Below, piece after piece: positions 1 to 9,800 of a stretch of 20,000 nucleotides of DNA (its first letter is position 1; every line of letters begins with the position of its first letter). This stretch comes from an uncultured virus (IMG/VR IMGVR_UViG_3300046168_000051) (lineage: Duplodnaviria; Heunggongvirae; Uroviricota; Caudoviricetes), in IMG/VR virus record IMGVR_UViG_3300046168_000051. The stretch is one strand, 5' to 3'. The translations under genes and the position numbers were made by a program. Under the pieces are notes generated by a model. That model ran no database searches and had not been told where the DNA came from. It worked only from the letters and a program-made list of their open reading frames with translations.

Positions 1-666
1 GTCGAGGATGTTTCAGGTTCAGTATTTCACAAGCACCCAATGTACCTCGCATGTTTAGACTTCTGTCGAGAAGAAGGAATCCCTAACATTCTCTTTGAAC
101 ACTCCGACCGTCATTCTCGTGATACAGAAATGCTACTGTCAGAAATCCGCCAACGAAAAGCTGAGGGTATTTACTTTCACTACCTTAACTTCGGCGGTAT
201 GGATTTGTCCACCCCTGCGGGGAGGATGATGCTTACTATGGGAGCCGCCTTTGCGGAGTACTATCGTAATGACTTGAAATCAAAGACTATCCGTGGTATG
301 AAGAACCTTGAAGATAAGGGTATTTGGGCTGGCTCTCCACCTTACGGTATGCGTGTTATCACTCAAAAGGAAGACAAAGAAAACTACGGTAAGCTACTTT
401 ACAACCCAGCAGAAATGCGATTCATCCTCGCTCTCTATGACCGTATTCTTCAGCGACCAGGAGTCTCATATCGACAGCTTGCTAAGTGGGCTAATGAAGA
501 TGGTTGGCATACAAGGCGAGGAAAAAACTGGACTGCTATGGGTGTTCGTCGCATAATGACTTTCATGCTACCATGGAAGGGAGCCAATGATGATGATGAG
601 AACTGCGGCAAGTACTTCCTAAAAGAAATGAAAGAGAATCCGAACCTAGACGGAGATAACTCTTAA
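1..666 (+). CDS. Serine recombinase (resolvase domain plus recombinase DNA-binding domain), 5'-truncated
   Basis: Frame is open from base 1 (VEDVSGS...). Motifs DRHSRD, DLSTPAGRMMLTMGAAFAEY, G-W-GSPPYG and SYRQLAKWANEDG..TRRGKNWT..VRRIM are typical of the family. The catalytic Ser lies upstream of the window. Confidence 0.9.
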   Translation, partial: VEDVSGSVFHKHPMYLACLDFCREEGIPNILFEHSDRHSRDTEMLLSEIRQRKAEGIYFHYLNFGGMDLSTPAGRMMLTMGAAFAEYYRNDLKSKTIRGMKNLEDKGIWAGSPPYGMRVITQKEDKENYGKLLYNPAEMRFILALYDRILQRPGVSYRQLAKWANEDGWHTRRGKNWTAMGVRRIMTFMLPWKGANDDDENCGKYFLKEMKENPNLDGDNS

Positions 667-672
667 GGTGAT

Positions 673-1029
673 ATGGGAGGTACAGTGACTATGTGGATTC
701 ATGCTGATGGCGTACAGAAAGATGTGCAGTCAGAAATAAAAGAGGCTATATTCATAGGCGCCTCGTGCCTCATTCGTACTATCTTTGAAGAGTACGAAGA
801 CTTTGAGACCTTTACCCAATATTCGGTTGACATAGTAAATGAAGCCAATTTAGTTCAGCGTACTATTTTTGCAGGGGAAACATTCCTTATGATTTTTGAC
901 CCTTCATACAGTGTCCCTAAGAAAGCAATGCATGAGGCATTTGTTGTTGAGTACCTAGCTCATACTGCCAGTCACATTGCTAATGAAATAGAAAACGGGG
1001 AAATTTACCATAAGAACGGCAATGTCTAG
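673..1029 (+). CDS. Hypothetical protein (118 aa)
   Basis: GGTGA at 667-671 before the ATG; tightly packed with neighbours. Confidence 0.75.
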   Translation: MGGTVTMWIHADGVQKDVQSEIKEAIFIGASCLIRTIFEEYEDFETFTQYSVDIVNEANLVQRTIFAGETFLMIFDPSYSVPKKAMHEAFVVEYLAHTASHIANEIENGEIYHKNGNV

Positions 1030-1372
1030 GATTTTAGATGCGGTCGGAATTGACCTGGGAGATGGTGATGCTGACGACCCCATGGAAGAAGATTTAGACT
1101 ATTGGCAATACGGAATCGGGTTCTTGGCTGGCGACCTGGTAGGTGACCATGACTTTGAATATGCTACAATGCTAAGTCGCTTAGACGACCTAGGAGCTTC
1201 TGTTGTTGGGAAACTATTTGCTGGTATGAACATGAAAGACCCGAAGTACTTTGACGGGTATGATTCGACCTATATTGAGGAAAATATGAACCTAATAGTG
1301 AGCAGGTGCGCTAGAATCGTCGAATTTATTGAGAAGTATCAAAAAACCGGAAATTTCCGCGCCCACCCCTAG
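1022..1372 (+). CDS. Hypothetical acidic protein (116 aa)
   Basis: Overlaps the previous gene by 8 nt; protein-like composition. Confidence 0.75.
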   Translation: MSRILDAVGIDLGDGDADDPMEEDLDYWQYGIGFLAGDLVGDHDFEYATMLSRLDDLGASVVGKLFAGMNMKDPKYFDGYDSTYIEENMNLIVSRCARIVEFIEKYQKTGNFRAHP

Positions 1373-1410
1373 GTTGAAGGGGTAAAAACCAAAAAAGTTG
1401 AGGACCTAAA

Positions 1411-1785
1411 ATGAAACTAGACGCAAAAACGCAAAAGAGGATAAATGATTGGTGGAGAGAACATGGGGACAAGATGCACAAGCCACTTTGGGGAGCCATT
1501 CGATTATCGGCGGCCAACACTCGCGAGCATAACATCCGGGTGTGCGAAATTTGTTGTACGCTCATGGAACATGGTATTCCGTTCGCAACGGAAGTCCGAT
1601 TGAACACAGGAGTTCGACCTGACATAGTAGCTCCAACCCATGTGCTACCAATTATCGAAGTTCTATGGTCGGAGTCAAAGCAAGACTTCATTGATAAGAA
1701 GTCTGACAAGTACCCAAGCTCCTTGCAGAAGAAGTGGATTCTGCATGATGCAAAGACAGAATATTTTGAAAAGAGTGTCTTCTAG
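1411..1785 (+). CDS. Putative PD-(D/E)XK-fold nuclease-like protein
   Basis: FATEVRL..GVRPDIV.......IIEVLWSE resembles the E...PD...E-x-x core of small restriction-endonuclease-like proteins. Confidence 0.55.
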   Translation: MKLDAKTQKRINDWWREHGDKMHKPLWGAIRLSAANTREHNIRVCEICCTLMEHGIPFATEVRLNTGVRPDIVAPTHVLPIIEVLWSESKQDFIDKKSDKYPSSLQKKWILHDAKTEYFEKSVF

Positions 1786-1793
1786 GTGATAGT

Positions 1794-2126
1794 ATGAGTG
1801 CCCTCAATAACAAGCAAACGCGTAACTCAAGGTCCGACTATTACGATGCTTCGCGGGGCGGGGCGGTAAGAAATGATTATAACGATGATTTCGATAATCG
1901 TTGGGGACTCCGCCATGCCGGTAGCTGGCCTTCTGACTGGGCTCCGCGTCGTACCTGCCAATTGTGTAAGAAGCAATTTCGGACAGATAATGAAGAAGGG
2001 TTCAGCTCGTTTTTAGTCGATATTTGTGCGCCTTGCATACACCGTTTAGTCAAGAAAGAGAAGAATACAGTAACTACAAAAGATGTTGAATTCACGCCTA
2101 GAATCGACGAAATACGCACCCAATAG
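1794..2126 (+). CDS. Hypothetical protein with a four-Cys Zn ribbon
   Basis: CQLC...CAPC; GGTGA at 1785-1789. Confidence 0.7.
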   Translation: MSALNNKQTRNSRSDYYDASRGGAVRNDYNDDFDNRWGLRHAGSWPSDWAPRRTCQLCKKQFRTDNEEGFSSFLVDICAPCIHRLVKKEKNTVTTKDVEFTPRIDEIRTQ

Positions 2127-2127
2127 C

Positions 2128-2134
2128 TTTATGT
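2128..2134 (+). promoter_or_regulatory. TATA-like box for a leaderless transcript
   Basis: TTTATGT lies 24-30 nt upstream of ATG 2158. Similar placement is seen for TTCATAAG (2589-2596) before ATG 2620. Confidence 0.45.
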
Positions 2135-2157
2135 TCACTACTAAGTGTCGTTAGTAC

Positions 2158-2586
2158 ATGGCCAATGAAGTGCGCTACACATACAATGGAAAAGAAGTCG
2201 GAACGCTACGCAAGCTAGTAAGCGATGTTGTAATCGTTGAAGAGCAATGGATTAACGCGGCGAACAAGTATTTCGCCAAAGGTTATGGCCCCATGTTGAA
2301 ATTCCCAAAAGCCCTGATTCGTCAGGAGTGCGGTGAAGAATTGACCGACGCTCAAGCGTGGGTACTCCTACACCACCTCACCAACTCCGGCGTTCCTCTT
2401 GCTCTTCGCGATACCGAAGAAGACGAGAAGTCTCGCCCCGCTAAAGTCGCTGGTGCTGTCGCTGGCGCAGCTCTTGGAACCCTTGATAGTGCTGTCAGTA
2501 CTGTAACTGCTCCGGCAGTCAAAGTAAAGGGTGTTTTCTCCAAAAAGGCAGATGAGAGTGCAGAAACGCCAGATTCTGACGAGTAA
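2158..2586 (+). CDS. Hypothetical protein (142 aa)
   Basis: Clean ORF with an Ala/Gly/Val-rich C-terminal segment. Confidence 0.8.
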   Translation: MANEVRYTYNGKEVGTLRKLVSDVVIVEEQWINAANKYFAKGYGPMLKFPKALIRQECGEELTDAQAWVLLHHLTNSGVPLALRDTEEDEKSRPAKVAGAVAGAALGTLDSAVSTVTAPAVKVKGVFSKKADESAETPDSDE

Positions 2587-2619
2587 TGTTCATAAGGTGT
2601 TTGCACCGGTCTATGGATT

Positions 2620-3605
2620 ATGAGTGAATGCTGGAAGGTTCCGTGGGCAGATTACCTGCGAATGTCAAGTGGCCTTAGCGATAGCTGCTATTCGCCGCAT
2701 TCCTTCAACTTTGAAAACGGGATGGTAATTTTCAAGACAAAGAGAGAGCGAAAGCTACTCGAAGATGTAATTTCCTGGGCCAATGACAAAGTCATTCCTG
2801 AGCGTGAGCCAACTGCGGGTGAGCCTCGTAAAAAGAAGGCTAAGGTTTCCGAAAGAGAATGATGGCCCGAGTATCGGTCAACTAATTCTCCAACACCCGA
2901 CGATTATCACTAACCTTCGTAGCAAAAACGCCGATTACCTGCAAGGTCTATGTCCTTCATGTGCTACTATCGGGAAAGACTCCGATGAAAACCACTTTTG
3001 GATTCATGAAGAATCCGGTGGCTACGGCTGTGTCGCAGACTGTATGACTGATGGCAGTTTGACACGCGTCCTGGTGTATAAGCCTTTCAAATATAGGTGT
3101 CCTTCAATCTGACACACCTCAAATTGAACCAAAGGCCGAGGAGAAGCCCGACGAGACTTTAGAAGAAGCCCTTGAGCTAATTCATGCCGAGCATAGGGAA
3201 GAAGTTTCCAAGAGAACAAACAGTCGTCTTGTCAAGACCACTGACCATCATACTGTTGAGCATGTGCTTCATGAGACTTATGACCTGGCTTTGCGAAAAG
3301 GTGATGTTCATGTTTACTACCGCATTGAAACTTCTAAGACAACAGGTAGGGAAACCATTACCGAAGTCGAAGTTCCCAACATAGAGGTGTGGGCTCTTTG
3401 GCAAGCTATTGTCCGTCATATCGTTCCTTCTCCGGTTCTCGGAGGAAAGTTTGAGGTCTCCGATTTGTGGGACACAATGAACATCGACCGGACAAAGCAG
3501 GGAGAGAAATACCGCCGCTGGAATTTCCCTTCCGACATTCTCATTCTTTTGGGCGTTCTTGAAAAGGACGGAAACAGCTATACAGTAAGGAGGGCGTTTC
3601 GATGA
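2620..3605 (+). pseudogene. Probable single gene (~328 aa) split by two +1 frameshifts; Zn-binding domain plus possible winged helix
   Basis: Three overlapping open frames (2620-2862, 2771-3112, 3063-3605). Removing one A near 2852 and one near 3090 joins them. The middle part, CPSC...H...GCVADC, resembles a primase-type Zn-binding domain. Confidence 0.5.
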
Positions 3606-3703
3606 GTATGCCGACTGATGATTGCGAGTGCGAAGCACCGTGCCCTCGTCATTCGGGATGCCACCCGACTAGCTGTGCTAAGTGCGGGGGCGTCATCGAA
3701 TGA
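3602..3703 (+). CDS. 33-aa Cys-rich microprotein, not in the ORF track
   Basis: MSMPTDDCECEAPCPRHSGCHPTSCAKCGGVIE; ATGA overlaps at both ends (3602-3605, 3700-3703). Confidence 0.7.
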   Translation: MSMPTDDCECEAPCPRHSGCHPTSCAKCGGVIE

Positions 3704-4113
3704 CCTTGGACCGATTAGATTCTGTTGTTATTGGCAACAGGTGCGAAGTTGATGGGTGCGAGTGCGTAGCTGTTGCTAAGCAAAACCGTTGCTACGACCA
3801 TAGTGTTGACCGCTTAATTGAAGCACTCTTTGTCAATGAAGAGTGCAAGTTTGGTGGCGTAAACTGTGAAGGAAACGCTAGCCGCGTTAACGAACATGAT
3901 GTTCTAATGTGTGAAAATTGCCACAATGCTTACCAACGCATTCAGCGAGGGCGAGGGGCCTTTGCAAGGTTCTTACCGACCATGTTCATGGAACCTCAAG
4001 TAGTGAGACAAAACCCCCCAGGGACCACCTATGACGGTGGCTCTTACCACAGGAATATCAATTGGGAAGCGCTGATTGAAAGTGCGCGAGAAGAAGGAGA
4101 GGAAACAGAATGA
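3700..4113 (+). CDS. Cys-rich hypothetical protein, probably Zn-binding
   Basis: Start ATG 3700 overlaps the microprotein stop. Cys clusters CEVDGC...CYDH and CKFGGVNC...CENCH; ATGA overlap with polB. Confidence 0.75.
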   Translation: MTLDRLDSVVIGNRCEVDGCECVAVAKQNRCYDHSVDRLIEALFVNEECKFGGVNCEGNASRVNEHDVLMCENCHNAYQRIQRGRGAFARFLPTMFMEPQVVRQNPPGTTYDGGSYHRNINWEALIESAREEGEETE

Positions 4114-6851
4114 CGAACATAGCAATTTGTGAGCAAACCCCTGGATATCAGGGGCGAATGAGAGATGGAAGCCGAGTAGCGGTTAGGACAAGAGACAAAG
4201 ACGGCAACCGTAAGGTCGACTTCTATGATGTTCCCGCTGAATGTTATGTTGACTTGAACAACTTCGCTGAGCGTTATACATGGGATGGGCAGAAGAGAGT
4301 TAAGTGCAATCCTGCAAAGGTTGTCTTTGACCCTGTTGATTTCCTTACTCAAGACTGGCGAAAAGACAGGTCAGGTATAATTTCTGTCGAACCTAAGTCT
4401 GCGAAGACCATTGACAAGAGGCCACTTGCCCGTGTTACTTTCAATTCCCGTTCTGACTTGCGTAGCTTCCTTCGGGACTTCACTCCTGTTTATGGTGCTG
4501 ACTTGGCGCAAGAGGATATTTGCGCTATCAGGTATGAAACAGGAAATGAAGACTTCGAGTCTCACAAGTGCTACTTCGATATTGAAGCCGTTCAATTCAA
4601 GAGAGATGACCCACTAAAGGCTGAGTGGTTAGTCGATTGGAAGAAAGAGATTTGGCATGACCAGCAGATGGTTAACTCCATTGTTGCTTACGATAACTGG
4701 CTAGACACTTACTTTGTCTTTGCTTGCCACCCCACCTGGGATGAAGAAGTAACCAGTGCTCAAGACGGTGATAGGACTATCATCGAAAAGAAGCACAAGA
4801 CTGAGAAGGCTATGCTTACTTCTTTTGCTGAGTGGTTTTACAAGTCCGACTTCGATGTAGTCACTGGCTGGAACAGTGCTGGATATGATATGTCTGTTCT
4901 TTACCACCGTATGGAGTCTCATCGTGTGCCTCACTGCATGAACGGTGTTCACTTTGAGAACGGAATCATGCCTCGTGAAGTCTATGGTGGCGGGGCTATG
5001 TCCCCTTACGGTATCATGGATGAACCATTTCACAAGGGTGGCCGTGAGTACCTATGGCAACAACAACCACTACGAGGAGTCGACCATTTGGATATGATGG
5101 TGGCGTTCAAGCGTCTTTACAAAGACTCCACTAACAACGAATTGGTTTCTGCTCGCTTAGGTCGTGTTGCTCAATTCCTTGGGCTACGCGACGGTAAGTT
5201 AGAGTCACCTGACTTTTACTCAAAGGACTACCACATCGGGTGGGAACAGTTCCGAAACTACAACATTCGGGATGTTGAATTGCTAGTGCAGATTGACGAT
5301 GCATGGAATGTAATTGGGTCGTATAAGACTGTTCAACAGCTAATCGGTTGCCAGCTTCGCTCGACTTTCTATGCTACTGGGCTTGCGAAGGTTATGTTCA
5401 ATGAAGAGGCAGACTGGAAGCAACGCACTTACCCATACGAACATGAGTTTGCAAACGACGACGACGACCTTGAAGGTGCTATTGTTCTTGACCCAGTTGA
5501 ATTGGATTCAGTCGGGCTACATGACTGGACTGTCATTCTTGATTTCGCTGGGTTGTACCCTTCTATTATGTGCGCTTACAATACATGCCACTCTTCTAAG
5601 GTGCGACCAGGAATGCCTCACCTAGATGATGATATGATTGGGCATAAGGGTGTTCGTTTCCGTAAGAATCCTGTTGGTGTCCTTCCTAAAATGGTCCTTC
5701 GCCTTGACGAACAACGCGACGAATACAAAGCAAAGCTGAAAGAAGCAGAAGCCGCTGGTGATAAGAACGCCGCTCGTAAGTGGAACGCTATGCAGCTTTC
5801 AGTCAAAAGAATGCGCGCCAGTTTCTATGGGATTATGGCTTTTCCTAAGTTCTCATGGTATGACCCGGACATTGCTAAGACAATTACTATGGGTGGTCGC
5901 AATGCACTACTCTCTATCAAGGCTAAAGCCGAAGAAGCAGGGTTCAAGGTAGTATTCGGACACACTGATTCTATCTTCGTTACTATGCCTAAGGAATGGA
6001 CTCAAGAGAAAGTTTACGATGAATCCATCGCTCTTGCTAAAGTCCTCACTGACCATGTTCAAGCCGACCTTCGTACTGACAAAGTAGTAGTCGAGTTAGA
6101 GGCTATCATGGACAAGTATTTCATTGCTAAGAAGAACCGCTACGCTGGTCGTAAGGCATGGGACGACAAGAAGGGGTTCCTTAACCTCGACTTCTCCGAA
6201 GATGGTTGGCCGGAGGTTTCAAGGAAAATGTCCGGTATGGAAGCTAAGCAAACAAACACTGCCCCTATTGGTCGTAACATTCAGTTGCAAACGCTTGGTC
6301 GTATCTTCAATGATGAATCACCACGACAAATCCAAGAGAGTATCAAAACGCTAGTAAGCGAAGTCCGTAATGGTGATGTTGAAGACTCTCAGTTAGTCGC
6401 TAATGCTAAGCTCAACAAGTGGCTCCCTCACCATCAAGACTGGCACTGGGGCTATCCTAAGCACTGTGACTGTGGCGAATGCCCTGCACCAAAGGTCGGA
6501 GCCGAAAGGGATGATGACGATGCTTGCTATGCAAAGAAGTTTTGGTCTGCTACGGCAGCACTGTTCCACAATGATGTTCTTGCTGACGAGTCGAAGGGCT
6601 TTTTGCTACTCGATAAAGGAGACTCTTTCAGTTGGACTCATGTGTGTGATGGTCCGACTTCAATACCAAAGGATGGCTGGGTTGGTTTCTATGAGTTGGA
6701 GCAAATTGCTGACTACACCCTTGATTACGCCCTCTTAGCGGAGAAGCATGTAATCAAGAAGGTTGAGAACATTTACTACGGTATGGGCTGGGATATTGAC
6801 GCACTATACGAAAAGAAGAGTTACTCGTTGGATGCTTTCTTGTCCACATAA
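4110..6851 (+). CDS. polB: Family B DNA polymerase with 3'-5' exonuclease (913 aa)
   Basis: ExoI FDIE, ExoII GWNSAGYD, ExoIII YNIRD; motif A DFAGLYPSI; motif B KRMRASFYG; motif C FGHTDS; KKNRYAG; PIP-like C-terminus YSLDAFL. Confidence 0.97.
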   Translation: MTNIAICEQTPGYQGRMRDGSRVAVRTRDKDGNRKVDFYDVPAECYVDLNNFAERYTWDGQKRVKCNPAKVVFDPVDFLTQDWRKDRSGIISVEPKSAKTIDKRPLARVTFNSRSDLRSFLRDFTPVYGADLAQEDICAIRYETGNEDFESHKCYFDIEAVQFKRDDPLKAEWLVDWKKEIWHDQQMVNSIVAYDNWLDTYFVFACHPTWDEEVTSAQDGDRTIIEKKHKTEKAMLTSFAEWFYKSDFDVVTGWNSAGYDMSVLYHRMESHRVPHCMNGVHFENGIMPREVYGGGAMSPYGIMDEPFHKGGREYLWQQQPLRGVDHLDMMVAFKRLYKDSTNNELVSARLGRVAQFLGLRDGKLESPDFYSKDYHIGWEQFRNYNIRDVELLVQIDDAWNVIGSYKTVQQLIGCQLRSTFYATGLAKVMFNEEADWKQRTYPYEHEFANDDDDLEGAIVLDPVELDSVGLHDWTVILDFAGLYPSIMCAYNTCHSSKVRPGMPHLDDDMIGHKGVRFRKNPVGVLPKMVLRLDEQRDEYKAKLKEAEAAGDKNAARKWNAMQLSVKRMRASFYGIMAFPKFSWYDPDIAKTITMGGRNALLSIKAKAEEAGFKVVFGHTDSIFVTMPKEWTQEKVYDESIALAKVLTDHVQADLRTDKVVVELEAIMDKYFIAKKNRYAGRKAWDDKKGFLNLDFSEDGWPEVSRKMSGMEAKQTNTAPIGRNIQLQTLGRIFNDESPRQIQESIKTLVSEVRNGDVEDSQLVANAKLNKWLPHHQDWHWGYPKHCDCGECPAPKVGAERDDDDACYAKKFWSATAALFHNDVLADESKGFLLLDKGDSFSWTHVCDGPTSIPKDGWVGFYELEQIADYTLDYALLAEKHVIKKVENIYYGMGWDIDALYEKKSYSLDAFLST

Positions 6852-9800
6852 CGCTTCCCTATTTCTAGGTCAATCCCGACAGTAATGGCTTCAACCATCC
6901 CGTCAAGCAGGTCCACTGTACCCATGATTGGGTGCGCTCGTAGTGACTTTCCTGGGTCTTCCCCACCGATTCCTCCTAAGAGAGAAATTGAGTTAGCGAC
7001 CATGTGCCCGCTTTTACCTAATCCCGACAGGTAGCCTGTGCTTCCCATGTTGTCGATTAGCGCATCAATGTACCGCAAGTCCAGCTCTCCTAAGCCGTTA
7101 TCACTGTTCATCTGATTGTTGAATATCTCTTTGATACAAGAAAGTGCAGCTTCCAAACCATACTCGTGTGCAACCCAAAATGGGTCATTACAAACAGTGA
7201 GGTATTCATCATAGTACTCACCTATTAGGTCGTAAGCATTTTCCATCATTGGGTTGGTTCTTCCTGGGGCTGGTTTAGCTGGGCCTTTGACAAATACGCA
7301 CCAACGCTTATCTCCACCGTTAGGGTGAGTAGTAAAGTCTGAGAAAGCACGACCTCCGTTAATCAATCCGTTTACCTGATACTTACCTAGTGACTCCTTC
7401 AGTACTAAGAGGTAGGAGTCTATGTCTAAGCTCTCCGGTACTCCTTCAGTCCTTACTCTCAATCCACCCTCTATTTCATTGACATAAAACTTAGGCCTTT
7501 CGTTCCCGCCTTTGAAATCTAGGTACTTGTAAATGAAGCCCAAGTCTAGGTCAAAGGTTTCGACTACCTTGGAGTCATAGATAATATCGATTCCTCTTTC
7601 CTCAGGGAGGTATCTGAAAACCTTGACAATGTCGTCAAGCAAAAGAGTTGAGCAGAAATTAGCTAACTTCTTTGCGGTCTCTTCATTGTTGTATTCATCT
7701 TTCAAGAAAAACCTGGTAGCTGGTTGCTTAATTTCCGAGCGGGACAAATCCAGTACCTGTACGATTCTATCCGTAGTAGGAGTAGTACCCTTTCCCCCAC
7801 CGTGGAATGCGCGCAAACCAGCTTGCGTAACCGGTTCTCCGACATTCGCGGCACCAGTTGAACCAATCATCTCTCCTGGTCGCGCCTTATTCTCAATGTA
7901 ATAGTCGTAAGCGCGACCAAAGTAAGCTACTGGGTCTTCGATTTCTCTCGCTTCCTTTTCGAGGTCAATTTTTTCTGTCAATTTTGACAGAATATTTTTC
8001 GGTAATCGTCCCGCCTTTCCTCTCAAAGTGTATGTTGTACCTCTTTGACATGTGTCACAAGGGTCAAGTAGCGGAATACCATGTTTACACAGCTGTGAAA
8101 TGAAGTGAGACTGAAGTGAAAGTGAAAGTCCATTTGGATTATCAGGACCTCGCGCATGGAATGGTTGAAGCCCATCTTCACCAACTTGTAATGACAAAAC
8201 CTTGCCCAATCGCATGTTAACTAAGTAACCTCTATCGTCTATCATTAGATTTTCCGATGCGCGCTTTAGCCGGTGTGAAAGATAACCGGACTTTTGAATC
8301 GCGCCCATAGATGATTCCATAGTTGACCGGCGGCCAGCGGCGGAAGCCAGAAAATAATTTTCAGGAGACAAACCTTCGGAATAGGCCTGCTTTGCGAAAC
8401 CAAAGGCGTTCCCCGAATAGTCGGGCGGGTTATCGGTGTATATTGGCTCAAACTCAGGGTCGGCTTGTTGTTCATAGGAACCACTAACAGACCGACCTCC
8501 TGAGAAGTGTGACAATAGTCTGCCCACTTTTATTCCACTCATCAATCTGCTACCACCTATGGTTACCTGCCCATAAGCTCCTGACATTTGCTGAATATTC
8601 AAATTACCAGCACGAGCTCCTGAAACCACTGCTATGTTCATTTGGTTAGCAGTTCCTTGTAGCTCTTTAGTTAGTGAGATAATTTTCTTGTCGAAATCCC
8701 TAGTAATTTTTGCTACCGTTAATTCCATCCACCCTTGGGGGTCGTAAGTGAGCCAGTGACGAGAGTTTTCTTTGAAGTAATCATCAGGAAGCTCCTCTAG
8801 CGTTTTAGTGAAGAACGCCTCGGTTACAACTCGGATTTTCTCATTGGCTATGTCGTAAAGCTCCTGGATTTTCTTTTTGCTTTCGTTGTACCGTTCAAAG
8901 CCTGCGGCCTTACCTTCTCTAACTAAGGCCTCGTGGGCTCCTGCGCTGATTACTTCTCCAGTTTCCTTGTGACGATAAGCGAAATTGGACTCAAATGAAA
9001 TATCTTCAATACCAATAGTATACCCTACATACAAGTGTGCGGCAAAGAATAGACGGTTAATGTGGTCAATAAATTCCGCTAGCTTTCTAATTCCTAACTC
9101 ATAGTTGAAGTGATAGACAAATGCTGCCCCTAAAACCATTGAACCGTTTTTTACTCCCCTTGCATCCAGTGTACCATGGAGTAGTTTACCATCACGAATA
9201 GAAACTGGTTGCCCTGTTGAGTCTTCCCAATCGCAGTTGATTCCTTCAGGGATAAAGTGAGAAACTACTGCTTTACCAGTGTAATATATACTCTTGAAGT
9301 CAGGTTCGGGTAATGTGTCCATGTACTTGAGATTCCCTTCATCATCCCTAGTGTAAACAAGACTCATCATCTGAATGAGTGCTTTCTTAGTGAAGTAGAC
9401 ATGACCGTCTTTATCGTAGCCTATTCGTCCATCGAATGTACCATGCGGTCCTTTGAATTTCTTTCTCTTATCTTCGTCTAACTTTTGATAGGCGTTGTAA
9501 GTAATGGTAATGTCGTTACCATCTTCGTCCTTTCCTTTGTAGGTTAGTTTAGACTTATTCGGGAATGTAAGCAAGTAAGCACCTGATGTTTCATCTTGGT
9601 CAGAAGCAATAGTAGGTCTGCCGTAGCGAGAGTGAATAATTTGCTTGTTAACATCTAGAATGTCTTTAGCTTCTTGAATTGCTTCTTCTGATTGAGGTAC
9701 GAAGCAGCGCATAGCGTCACCGTCATAATCAGCGTTGAATGGGACACAAATAGTCGGGTTAAAGGAAAATGCCTTCTGCTTCATTGGTATGACTTTGCCT

